A stretch of 10,388 bases of DNA from Candidatus Bathyarchaeota archaeon CG07_land_8_20_14_0_80_47_9 (GTDB lineage: Archaea; Thermoproteota; Bathyarchaeia; Bathyarchaeales; Bathycorpusculaceae), in assembly GCA_002779555.1 (NCBI GenBank), contig PEWI01000116.1:1-10388 (forward strand). Direction: 5' to 3'. A program made the position numbers and the translations under genes. The notes beneath the pieces are model-generated. The model was not told the DNA's origin, searched no databases, and was given only the letters and a program-made list of their open reading frames with translations. How positions within the stretch are numbered: the first letter of the stretch is position 1; each line of letters begins with the position of its first letter. Positions 1-6,675 of this stretch are shown one piece after another.

Positions 1-54
1 TAGCAGTATCAACTAGTATAAATCATCAACCGTTTTTAAGGATTTTCGGAACAC

Positions 55-62
55 TTTTAATT
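55..62 (+). promoter_or_regulatory. Candidate archaeal TATA box for tRNA-Arg
   Basis: TTTTAATT is centred about 28 nt upstream of the mature tRNA 5' end at 86. That is typical archaeal TATA spacing. The call rests on the sequence motif only. Confidence 0.35.
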
Positions 63-85
63 GCTTCTGGGCTACTGTCTTATTT

Positions 86-161
86 GGGCCCGTAGCCTAG
101 CACGGATTAAGGCGTCGGCCTTCGGAGCCGAAGGTCAAGGGTTCAAATCCCTTCGGGCCCG
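86..161 (+). tRNA. tRNA-Arg, anticodon TCG
   Basis: Hand-folded cloverleaf. Acceptor GGGCCCG/CGGGCCC, D-stem GCCT/AGGC, anticodon stem TCGGC/GCCGA with loop CTTCGGA (U33, anticodon TCG, G37). Variable loop AGGTC, T-arm AAGGG-TTCAAAT-CCCTT, discriminator G161. No CCA is encoded (followed by CTA). Confidence 0.9.
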
Positions 162-404
162 CTAACGCTTTTCTGGGTCCTAGGTTGTGCACGTCTGGCA
201 GTAGTTTCATTTGCAGACCATGAAAATGCGTTTGAAGACTGTTCGTTGGTGGACCGAGCGGGATTGGCACCCAAAAGGGTTCAAGTCCAACCTGCGTGCC
301 CTTTGTTGCCAATGAACTAGAAGGATAAACCTTACTAGCTTGTGCCATTTTGAGATATGGGTCTACGAGGAGGATAGCAAACCATAGACTGGCGCGAGCA
401 ATTA

Positions 405-917
405 ATGGTGAGGGCACTGCACTTTGTTCAGAGATTACGTTTGTTCGAGTTACTGCCATTCAAGGCACCAACACGTCCATTCACTGACTGTTTTGGAGGT
501 CTAGAGAAGGTTGAGGCTGTTAGACAAATCTTCGGCGAAAGAACAGAGGAGGTGCTGCGCAATCTAAGGGTAGAGTTTACTTGGATGAGGGGGTACATGA
601 GAGTCAGCAACGTAGATGGCCATCTTATAGTCAGTTCCTACTACGTGAACAATGGCGATAAGGTTGACGTATATCTAGACTTGATCCATGAATTAGTGCA
701 CGTGAAGCAGTTCATAGAGGGAAAAAAGCTCTTCGACAGCGACTATAGTTACGCCGAGAGACCTACCGAAGTTCAAGCTTATCAACACGCAGTAGAAGAG
801 GCGAGGAGACTGGGATTAAGTGATGAGAGAATCTGCAAGTACCTCAAGACAGAATGGATGAGCAATGAGAGTCTTAAACAACTAGCAAGAGTTCTGAAGG
901 TCAAATGCCCCCATTAG
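405..917 (+). CDS. Hypothetical small zincin-like protein with an HExxH motif (IHELVHVKQ)
   Basis: 170-aa ORF. ATG at 405 is the only start after the in-frame stop at 375-377. HELVH lies at residues 95-99 (nt 687-701), followed by Q102 and downstream acidic residues (AERPTEVQAYQH). The HELxHVxQ pattern is reminiscent of DUF4157-type metallopeptidase-like domains. The family was not verified. Confidence 0.6.
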   Translation: MVRALHFVQRLRLFELLPFKAPTRPFTDCFGGLEKVEAVRQIFGERTEEVLRNLRVEFTWMRGYMRVSNVDGHLIVSSYYVNNGDKVDVYLDLIHELVHVKQFIEGKKLFDSDYSYAERPTEVQAYQHAVEEARRLGLSDERICKYLKTEWMSNESLKQLARVLKVKCPH

Positions 918-955
918 GTCAGGCGCGCGTTATTGTTTCCATACCTGAATGGGAG

Positions 956-1030
956 TGGACCGGGCGGGATTTGAACCCGCGATTTCCGCATTGCGAATGC
1001 GGCGTTCATACCAAGCTGAACTACCGGCCC
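956..1030 (-). tRNA. tRNA-Ala, anticodon CGC
   Basis: Minus-strand cloverleaf: GGGCCGG TA GTTC AGCTTGGTAT GAAC G CCGCA TTCGCAA TGCGG AAATC GCGGG TTCAAAT CCCGC CCGGTCC A. It has the G3:U70 wobble, which is the alanine identity element. Anticodon CGC. No CCA is encoded. Confidence 0.9.
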
Positions 1031-1056
1031 TGTGTTTCGGAAGAGAGGATGAATTA

Positions 1057-1065
1057 GGAATAAAG
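1057..1065 (-). promoter_or_regulatory. Candidate TATA box for tRNA-Ala
   Basis: The minus strand reads CTTTATTCC, centred about 31 nt upstream of the tRNA 5' end at 1030. Confidence 0.35.
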
Positions 1066-1224
1066 AGCTTACGGTTTCACTTCTGGCGTGCACATGTTTC
1101 CAGATTAAACAGCAACTTTGTCTATTATCTGCATCTGACCGATTTTACGTCAGAGGTGCAATGACTGTTGAATCCTTGGCAAGACCTTAAGTATCGGGCT
1201 TGTCAACGTCTATTTCTGGTTTCT

Positions 1225-1593
1225 ATGGTCAAGTTGAAGGTTTACCTTCACAGCCTTGAAGTTCCAACAGTCGGCTTCGTTGACAAAGAAGGAGCAATGC
1301 ATGCCTGCGCTCAAGCCCAAAAGACCGCATTCGAAAGGCTAGGGAGCTTCTCCAGTCTCTTCGGAAACCGCTATTTGAATGAGGAGGAAAGAGAGACTTT
1401 AATGCGTGTCGAGGATTTCTGCAGAAGCAATGGCTTAGAGTTTGAGATTGTCGATGTTGGTCAAATGAGTTTCCTGTCAAGGTTGAGGTTGAGAATAGGG
1501 GGACTTAAGACTCCGAGCGTTTGCTGTGGAGAAAGGGTGCTTAAGGGGCTTCCTACTGAAGAGAGTCTTGGACGGCTTTTGAAACCAGTTTGA
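1225..1593 (+). CDS. Hypothetical protein, possible thioredoxin/glutaredoxin-like fold lacking a CxxC motif
   Basis: The ORF track gives 1168..1593 from a TTG. The first ATG is at 1225 (MVKLKVYLHS...). The C-terminal pattern GLKTPSVCCGERVLKGLPTEESLGRLL resembles the cis-Pro/beta-strand/helix end of glutaredoxin-like proteins. No redox CxxC is present. It converges on ileS. Confidence 0.45.
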   Translation: MVKLKVYLHSLEVPTVGFVDKEGAMHACAQAQKTAFERLGSFSSLFGNRYLNEEERETLMRVEDFCRSNGLEFEIVDVGQMSFLSRLRLRIGGLKTPSVCCGERVLKGLPTEESLGRLLKPV

Positions 1594-1716
1594 AATGTAA
1601 GTTCAAGTCTGAAGTTTCGCTGACTGTCACCGGAAGGTTCATGAATGCGATTCAGTTTCAGGGAATGGGCAGTATAAGAGCTATTCATTGCAGCTACTGC
1701 CAAAAGCATAAAGGAG

Positions 1717-4700
1717 CTATTTGGAGATAGCTACGTAGATTTTCTTGTCGTCTAGTTGGCATTCGTGCCAATCTGCTTTGGCGTCTTCGCGTTTGCTGTG
1801 CAGGTTGACTTTCTTTGTCCGGACTAGCTCCTGCATTTCATCGAGGTATGGTTGCAGCAGTGTTATGCTTTCGTCGTCGAGTTCTGCGATGTGGATGGCG
1901 TTTAGGATGTCGGTCGGCATGTAGCCCAGTTCCTTCCTCAAGGCTTGGACTCTGCGGGCTAGGTCTCGCATCAGGCCTTCGCCGAGAAGTCCTTCGTCGC
2001 GTTGAACGTTCAAGAAGACTTGCATGTCGCCTTCTGAGACTGATGTCCACCCTTCTTGCGAAGAGTATTCTGGAGCCTTCTGTAGGTATTCCGCGGTTTT
2101 GACGTTTGCCAGTTCAAGGAACAGCTCTTCAGCGTTCTTCAGGGCTGTGCAGATTTTTTCTGGAGCCACGATGGTCATCTTGTTCAGGGGCCAGCGTCTC
2201 TTCAGCTTGGCGGATTGTCTGGCTGAATAGACTAGTGAGACTGACTTAAACAGGGTTTGGAAATCCTCCTCCACGGCCAGGCTTCGCATTTTCTTGTCAG
2301 GTTTGGGCCAGCTTTCGAGGTTCACTGTCTCGGGGAGTGTCTGGTCGAGTTTTCTGTAGACTTTCTGGTACAGTGCCTCGCTCAGATAGGGCGTTATCGG
2401 GTTGAACAGAAGTGTTGCTGTTTTCAAAACCTGCCACAGCGTTGCGTACACTGCCAGTCTTCTGTTCAGAGTTTCCGGGTCGTCTGTCCACAGTTCCTTG
2501 CGGACCATGGGCACGTAAAGCCTGCTCAGGGTTTCTATGACGAAGTCTTCGAGTGCTGCGAGGGCGAAGTTGAATTCGCATGTTTCCAGCTTAGCAGTGT
2601 ATTCCTCTATCGTGGCTTGGAGTTTTGACAGCAGCCAAAGGTCGGGTGGTTTAAGCTGCTTTTCCTTTCCTGCCCATTCGAGTGTGTGTTTTTGTGAGTT
2701 GAAGTTGTCGTATTCGGAGTTCTGCATGAAGAACCTGCTGAGATGGTACAGCGTTGAGAGAACTTGGTATGGGCGGCGGCTGAGTTCTTGGGGGTCGAAG
2801 TTGTTGGCGTCTATGGGTGAGCATTTTCTGAGCATGTAGAATCTGCATATGTCTGCGCTGTATTTTTCGAGTATCTTGTCTGCTTCCAGCACGTTTCCGA
2901 GGCTTTTACTCATTTTTCTGCCTTTTGCGTCTTGGGTCAGACCTTGGAACAGGAAGGCCTTGTAGGGTGATTCTGCTTTTCCAGTTAGTATGACGTGTTC
3001 CAGCAGGAGTGAGTTGGCCCATCCTCTTGTTTGGTCCATTGCTTCTGTCAAGTAGTCGACGGGCACATACTTTTTGAGTTCCTCGTCTGTGAATCTGGCG
3101 TAAGGCGAGGCGCCGCTGTTGTGCCAAGTGTCGAGCACGAAGTCTTCTCGGTGCATTGTTCCTCCGCATTTTTCGCATTTGAATGTGACTCGGTCAACCC
3201 AGGGCTTGTGCAGTTCGAAATGTCCCTGTGGTTTTTCTATGGCTTTCTCGAGCAGTTCCTTTTTGGTTGCCACTAAGGTTTTTGCTTCGCATTTTTCGCA
3301 TTTCCAAACTGGCAGGGGTGTTCCCCAGACGCGTTCTCTTGATATGCACCATGGTTTGCCTTCTTTCAGGAAGGACATGAATCGGTTTTTGGGGCTTTCA
3401 TAGAAGTACCTTACTTTTTCTGCGGCCTCTAGGACTTTTTTGTTTATCTTGTCTGTTCTGAGGAAGTATTCTTTTCTTGCAAGCCAGACAAGCTTGTGGT
3501 GTGAGCGCCAGCATGTTGGGTATTCATGTTTGACGGTTTTGACATCGACGAGTAGCCCTCTCTTGCGGAGTTCTTCAACGACCATGTTGTCTGCGTCTCT
3601 GGCGAACACGCCTTTGAAGGCGCCTGCGTCGTTTGTGAATTTGACTTCGTCGTCAAAAGGTGCAAAGATTGGGACGTCTCGTTTCTGTGCGGCGAAGAAG
3701 TCTTCTTCTCCGTTTCCAGGTGACTGGTGCACGACTCCTGTGGCTGTGTTTATGTCGACGAAGTCTTCTAGGACGACTTTGTGCACGAGTGGGTGTTTCT
3801 TTTCCAGTTCTGCCTGTTTCGGGATAAGGTCTTTGAATGGGAAGTCGTATCTTGTGCCGTCGAGACTTTTTCCAGTGACGGTTTCGGTTACTTCGTATTT
3901 TTGTAGGCCTAGTTCTTGCATGACGGGGTCGACGCGTTGTTTGGCGAGTATCCATTTTTCCTTGTCGACTTTGACTTTGGCGTATTCTGCTTCTGGGTGT
4001 ACTGCGAGCATGGTGTCTGTGATGAGGGTGAAGGGCATGGTTGTCCATACGAGGAAGTATTCGTCTTGTTTGTCGGTGAGTTTGAATTTGAAGTATAGGC
4101 TTGGGTCTTCCACGATTTTGTACGAGTCTTCGTAGCCGACTTCGGCGCTGCTCAGGCTTGTTTGGCAGCCGGGGCAGTATGCGACTACGTAGTGTCCTTC
4201 TTCGAGGAGCCCTTGGTTCCATGCGCGTTTGAGGTATTGCCATTCTCTTTCTATGTACTCGTCTTTGTAGGTCCAGTAGGCTTTTTCGTGGTCGATGAAG
4301 ATGCCGAGTTTGCCGTCGGCTTCCACCCATGCTTTTTGGTATTTCATTATGGCTTTCTTGCATTCTTCTATGAAGCGTTCTTCGCCTACTCTTTCGAGAA
4401 GTTCCCGCTTGTTTTTCACGCCCAGCTGCTTTTCAACTTCCAGCTCCACCGGCAGTCCTTGACAGTCCCATCCTGCCCAGAAGGGTATGTAGTAGCCTTG
4501 CATGGTTTTCCATCTGTATCTAAGGTCTTTCATGACTCGGCCTCGGGTGTGGCCGACGTGTGGTATGCCGTTGAGTGTTGGCGGTCCTTCCACGAAGCCT
4601 AAGACGCCGACGTTGTTTTTCTCTCTAAATTGGGCTAGTTTCTGCTGTGTTTGGTTTTGCTGCCAAAATCGGCGTGTTTCTTTTTCAAGTTCAAGCGGGC

Positions 4701-4752
4701 GATAATCTATCGTGAGGGTTGTTTCAGAATTAGGTTTGAATTTGGCGGTCAC
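1717..4752 (-). CDS. ileS: Isoleucyl-tRNA synthetase (class Ia)
   Basis: 1011-aa ORF with a HIGH-type motif (PHVGHTRG), KMSKS (GRKMSKSLGN), the WTTMPFTL editing-domain signature typical of IleRS, and zinc-type cysteine pairs (CPGC, CEKCEAK, CEKCGG). The only possible start is GTG at 4752, because an in-frame stop lies at 4759-4761 and no other start codon precedes the HIGH region. Confidence 0.95.
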   Translation of the reverse strand: MTAKFKPNSETTLTIDYRPLELEKETRRFWQQNQTQQKLAQFREKNNVGVLGFVEGPPTLNGIPHVGHTRGRVMKDLRYRWKTMQGYYIPFWAGWDCQGLPVELEVEKQLGVKNKRELLERVGEERFIEECKKAIMKYQKAWVEADGKLGIFIDHEKAYWTYKDEYIEREWQYLKRAWNQGLLEEGHYVVAYCPGCQTSLSSAEVGYEDSYKIVEDPSLYFKFKLTDKQDEYFLVWTTMPFTLITDTMLAVHPEAEYAKVKVDKEKWILAKQRVDPVMQELGLQKYEVTETVTGKSLDGTRYDFPFKDLIPKQAELEKKHPLVHKVVLEDFVDINTATGVVHQSPGNGEEDFFAAQKRDVPIFAPFDDEVKFTNDAGAFKGVFARDADNMVVEELRKRGLLVDVKTVKHEYPTCWRSHHKLVWLARKEYFLRTDKINKKVLEAAEKVRYFYESPKNRFMSFLKEGKPWCISRERVWGTPLPVWKCEKCEAKTLVATKKELLEKAIEKPQGHFELHKPWVDRVTFKCEKCGGTMHREDFVLDTWHNSGASPYARFTDEELKKYVPVDYLTEAMDQTRGWANSLLLEHVILTGKAESPYKAFLFQGLTQDAKGRKMSKSLGNVLEADKILEKYSADICRFYMLRKCSPIDANNFDPQELSRRPYQVLSTLYHLSRFFMQNSEYDNFNSQKHTLEWAGKEKQLKPPDLWLLSKLQATIEEYTAKLETCEFNFALAALEDFVIETLSRLYVPMVRKELWTDDPETLNRRLAVYATLWQVLKTATLLFNPITPYLSEALYQKVYRKLDQTLPETVNLESWPKPDKKMRSLAVEEDFQTLFKSVSLVYSARQSAKLKRRWPLNKMTIVAPEKICTALKNAEELFLELANVKTAEYLQKAPEYSSQEGWTSVSEGDMQVFLNVQRDEGLLGEGLMRDLARRVQALRKELGYMPTDILNAIHIAELDDESITLLQPYLDEMQELVRTKKVNLHSKREDAKADWHECQLDDKKIYVAISK

Positions 4753-4797
4753 CTTGCATCACATTGCACCCGCAAATAAATCAACATAGCCTAAGCA

Positions 4798-4810
4798 CCA
4801 TATAACCTTT
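4798..4810 (-). promoter_or_regulatory. Candidate BRE/TATA element for ileS
   Basis: The minus strand reads AAAGGTTATATGG, a purine-rich stretch followed by TTATAT, about 50 nt upstream of the GTG start. Confidence 0.3.
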
Positions 4811-4997
4811 ACCCATAACTATTTGCTACATACACGCAAATGACGACTTGCTTGCGTTTTCGAAACAACATTAGATCCTCAGGGGTAGTGCAGGCATACT
4901 CAAAACCATCTTCTATGAGCCTCTTTGCCTCTTCCGTGTTCTTGGCAGTTGATCTATGCCTTGTTGTCTTAGCGCGCGTGTTGACATAGAGGATTTT
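4809..4997 (-). pseudogene. Start-less ORF remnant resembling the C-terminal tail of archaeal tyrosine-recombinase (integrase) family proteins
   Basis: My translation of the minus strand (codon high coordinates 4997 down to the TAA at 4809-4811) is KILYVNTRAKTTRHRSTAKNTEEAKRLIEDGFEYACTTPEDLMLFRKRKQVVICVYVANSYG*. It is bounded upstream by TGA (4998-5000). There is no ATG/GTG/TTG before Met at 4871. I recall the ...AK..EEAK.LIE.GFEY.C.....LFRKRK pattern from the extreme C-termini of archaeal integrases. This was not database-verified. Confidence 0.35.
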
Positions 4998-5015
4998 TCA
5001 GCAAATGAGCGTAAG

Positions 5016-5258
5016 TTAGAAGCCAATCACAAGCGTCTCTGTGTACACAACTCCAGCGATGCCTCTGATGCTATCCGTAACGAGGTTTCCCAATTCTTCG
5101 GTCGTCTTTGTCTCCACAATCACAGCGAAGTCGTAGCGCCCGAAAACGCCGTAGACTTCCTTAACACCTTTGACCTTACAGATTTCTTCCTTGACAGTCT
5201 TCATAAGATTCAATGTTTCACTCGAACCTACTCGGACAAGAACCAAAGCTTTAACCAT
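5016..5258 (-). CDS. Stand-alone RAM-domain protein (Lrp/AsnC ligand-binding domain, no HTH)
   Basis: About 80 aa: MVKALVLVRVGSSETLNLMKTVKEEICKVKGVKEVYGVFGRYDFAVIVETKTTEELGNLVTDSIRGIAGVVYTETLVIGF. This shows the beta-alpha-beta-beta-alpha-beta pattern and the G.YD....V signature of AsnC_trans_reg/RAM domains. The track starts at GTG 5267, but ATG 5258 is preceded by GGTGG with a 5-nt spacer. Confidence 0.75.
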   Translation of the reverse strand: MVKALVLVRVGSSETLNLMKTVKEEICKVKGVKEVYGVFGRYDFAVIVETKTTEELGNLVTDSIRGIAGVVYTETLVIGF

Positions 5259-5292
5259 TTCAACCACCGTTAGGACATATTACTGTTCAGCG

Positions 5293-5299
5293 TATTAAT
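5293..5299 (-). promoter_or_regulatory. Candidate TATA box for the RAM-domain gene
   Basis: The minus strand reads ATTAATA about 38 nt upstream of ATG 5258. It is immediately preceded on the minus strand by GCGCGCGC (5305-5312). Confidence 0.3.
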
Positions 5300-5314
5300 C
5301 TCTTGCGCGCGCTG

Positions 5315-6310
5315 CTACGCGGCTTTGAGCAATTTGTATGCCTGCTCTTCAATGTCGGCTATTTCTGTCAAAGTGTTCGACACCGACTGTTTGTCTTGTT
5401 TCAGTGCCACTTGACAGAGTTTTATGATTCTTTCTCCAGACTGTCTGAACAACTTTGATGCTTCAGTCCACCCGCTTACATTGTATTTGCCTCCTAATGC
5501 TTTGAGAACATCTGCTTGCCAAAATCGCATACCATGACTGTTCTCAAACGTTCTGGGCAAAAGAGGCGGCGTTGTTGCGTAGGTGACCATATGCTCAAAG
5601 TACTTCTTATTATCCCATTCAAGTGTTTCATCAGCCAATTTGCGCATAGCAGGAATACCGAAGAGGCGTACAGGAGGATGCAGGAATCGCTCAGCCTTAT
5701 AGGAAAAACCTTTCTTCGCGACTTCAAACTCGGATAGTATCACTCTGGGTAGGGTGAATGCCCGTATGGTATTTCTCTTACTCATTCCAGGCACTTTAAC
5801 GTCCAAGGAGTTCTTAAATTCATCATATGGGATTTTCTGAACGTTTTTGTGGCTGCAGTCGTGTACGAAAACCGCTTGTTCCTCATCATCGTATCCGACG
5901 ACAAGAACGTAATGAATGGGAACATGCTGCCTCTTGTATAGGTCTGGGTAATAATGGAGATAATACATGTCAAGAGCACCAGCCACCACTGGTCGATCCT
6001 CTTGGATGAAATCCTTAAGACGAGAAAACATAAACTCGAAGCTTTTCCCCTCGACGACGGTTTCTTTGAATCCGATGATATTCGCCAGATCCTTCATCAA
6101 GTACTTGGGATTTGCACCCCAATACACCATGCACGGTGGATCTGCTCTTTTGAAGCGAAGATAGGCAAAGCCAGCCATCCCACCTACGACAGAAAGAAGG
6201 AAATCAGCGTATGCCTCCTTCCATGCCAAAAGATCTTCCAACCCATTAACATAACATGTGGATTCGCATACTCTATGCGGGAGTGCGTGTAGCTTCTTCA
6301 TACGACCCAT
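5315..6310 (-). CDS. BtrH_N / DUF4872-like protein (papain-like Cys/His fold, uncharacterised)
   Basis: 331-aa ORF with an ATG start. The N-terminal H.VCESTCY...FLLSVVGGMAGFAYL pattern resembles the butirosin BtrH N-terminal domain, with candidate nucleophile Cys15. HYVLVVGYDDE provides a candidate catalytic His133, as in C39/NlpC-like folds. The length matches the BtrH_N + DUF4872 two-domain architecture. Assignment is by motif recall only. Confidence 0.55.
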   Translation of the reverse strand: MGRMKKLHALPHRVCESTCYVNGLEDLLAWKEAYADFLLSVVGGMAGFAYLRFKRADPPCMVYWGANPKYLMKDLANIIGFKETVVEGKSFEFMFSRLKDFIQEDRPVVAGALDMYYLHYYPDLYKRQHVPIHYVLVVGYDDEEQAVFVHDCSHKNVQKIPYDEFKNSLDVKVPGMSKRNTIRAFTLPRVILSEFEVAKKGFSYKAERFLHPPVRLFGIPAMRKLADETLEWDNKKYFEHMVTYATTPPLLPRTFENSHGMRFWQADVLKALGGKYNVSGWTEASKLFRQSGERIIKLCQVALKQDKQSVSNTLTEIADIEEQAYKLLKAA

Positions 6311-6675
6311 CTCGCTTTATTGGGCAACAGCGGAACACTCGAATATACTTGCCCACGAGATAAATAGCTACTGCAACCGTGCAGAGTTGCATGATTAACT
6401 GTAAACAAAGCGTGCCTGTCCGTTCTTATGTATGTATACAGAAAAAAGAGGGGTTGTGCGGGAGACATCGCCAATTTGGCGTGAAATAACCTTTTTGAAT
6501 CAGCGATATTGTCGTGCTTGTTAGGGGAGAAGGCTTGCTCTGCAGTGTCTACCCCTCCTCTATGTCGATTGAACCTGCAGTGGCCGATCTGAAGAGAGGC
6601 TAGCAACTTTTCAGAAATGGCAGGCTTGTGGAAGCTGCTTGCATGATTCTGGCGTGCTTATCAATATCAAGCTGC

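Noticed and set aside
220-315. 31-aa plus-strand ORF (MKMRLKTVRWWTERDWHPKGFKSNLRALCCQ)
   Set aside because: It is short and lies exactly over the tRNA-like D-arm/T-arm sequence, so its codons are better explained by RNA-like sequence. No ribosome-binding signal is evident.
97-459. 120-aa minus-strand ORF
   Set aside because: It runs antisense straight through the well-folded tRNA-Arg gene and the tRNA-like region. It has low-complexity Pro/Ser-rich content and no motif. It is most likely spurious.
820-880. GTGATGA near 820 as a possible C box of a C/D-box sRNA
   Set aside because: It lies inside the HExxH CDS. There is no appropriately spaced CTGA D box or C'/D' pair.
949-1164. 71-aa plus-strand ORF
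   Set aside because: Its first third is the antisense of tRNA-Ala (956-1030). There is no supporting motif.
1168-1224. TTG-initiated N-terminal extension of the 1168..1593 ORF
   Set aside because: The extension (MNPWQDLKYRACQRLFLVS) has no structural logic. The first ATG at 1225 opens directly into a beta-strand-like KLKVYL. I preferred the shorter model.
1815-4705. Many 60-236-aa ORFs inside the ileS span on both strands (for example 3440..4135 +, 3653..4363 -, 4162..4602 +)
   Set aside because: All are antisense or out of frame to an unambiguous, motif-rich IleRS ORF. Their products are Arg/Ser/Cys/Phe-biased, as expected of shadow frames.
4956-5273. 105-aa plus-strand ORF
   Set aside because: It is antisense to the RAM-domain gene, which has a clear domain signature and a Shine-Dalgarno-like GGTGG. 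It has no motifs of its own.
5494-6292. Several 60-112-aa ORFs overlapping the BtrH-like gene
   Set aside because: These are shadow frames of a longer ORF that has recognisable domain features.
6298-6606. 102-aa minus-strand ORF in the pyrK/BtrH-like spacer
   Set aside because: It has a TTG start, overlaps the BtrH-like ATG, and has no protein-like periodicity or motif. I treated the region as non-coding (see the finding on the spacer).
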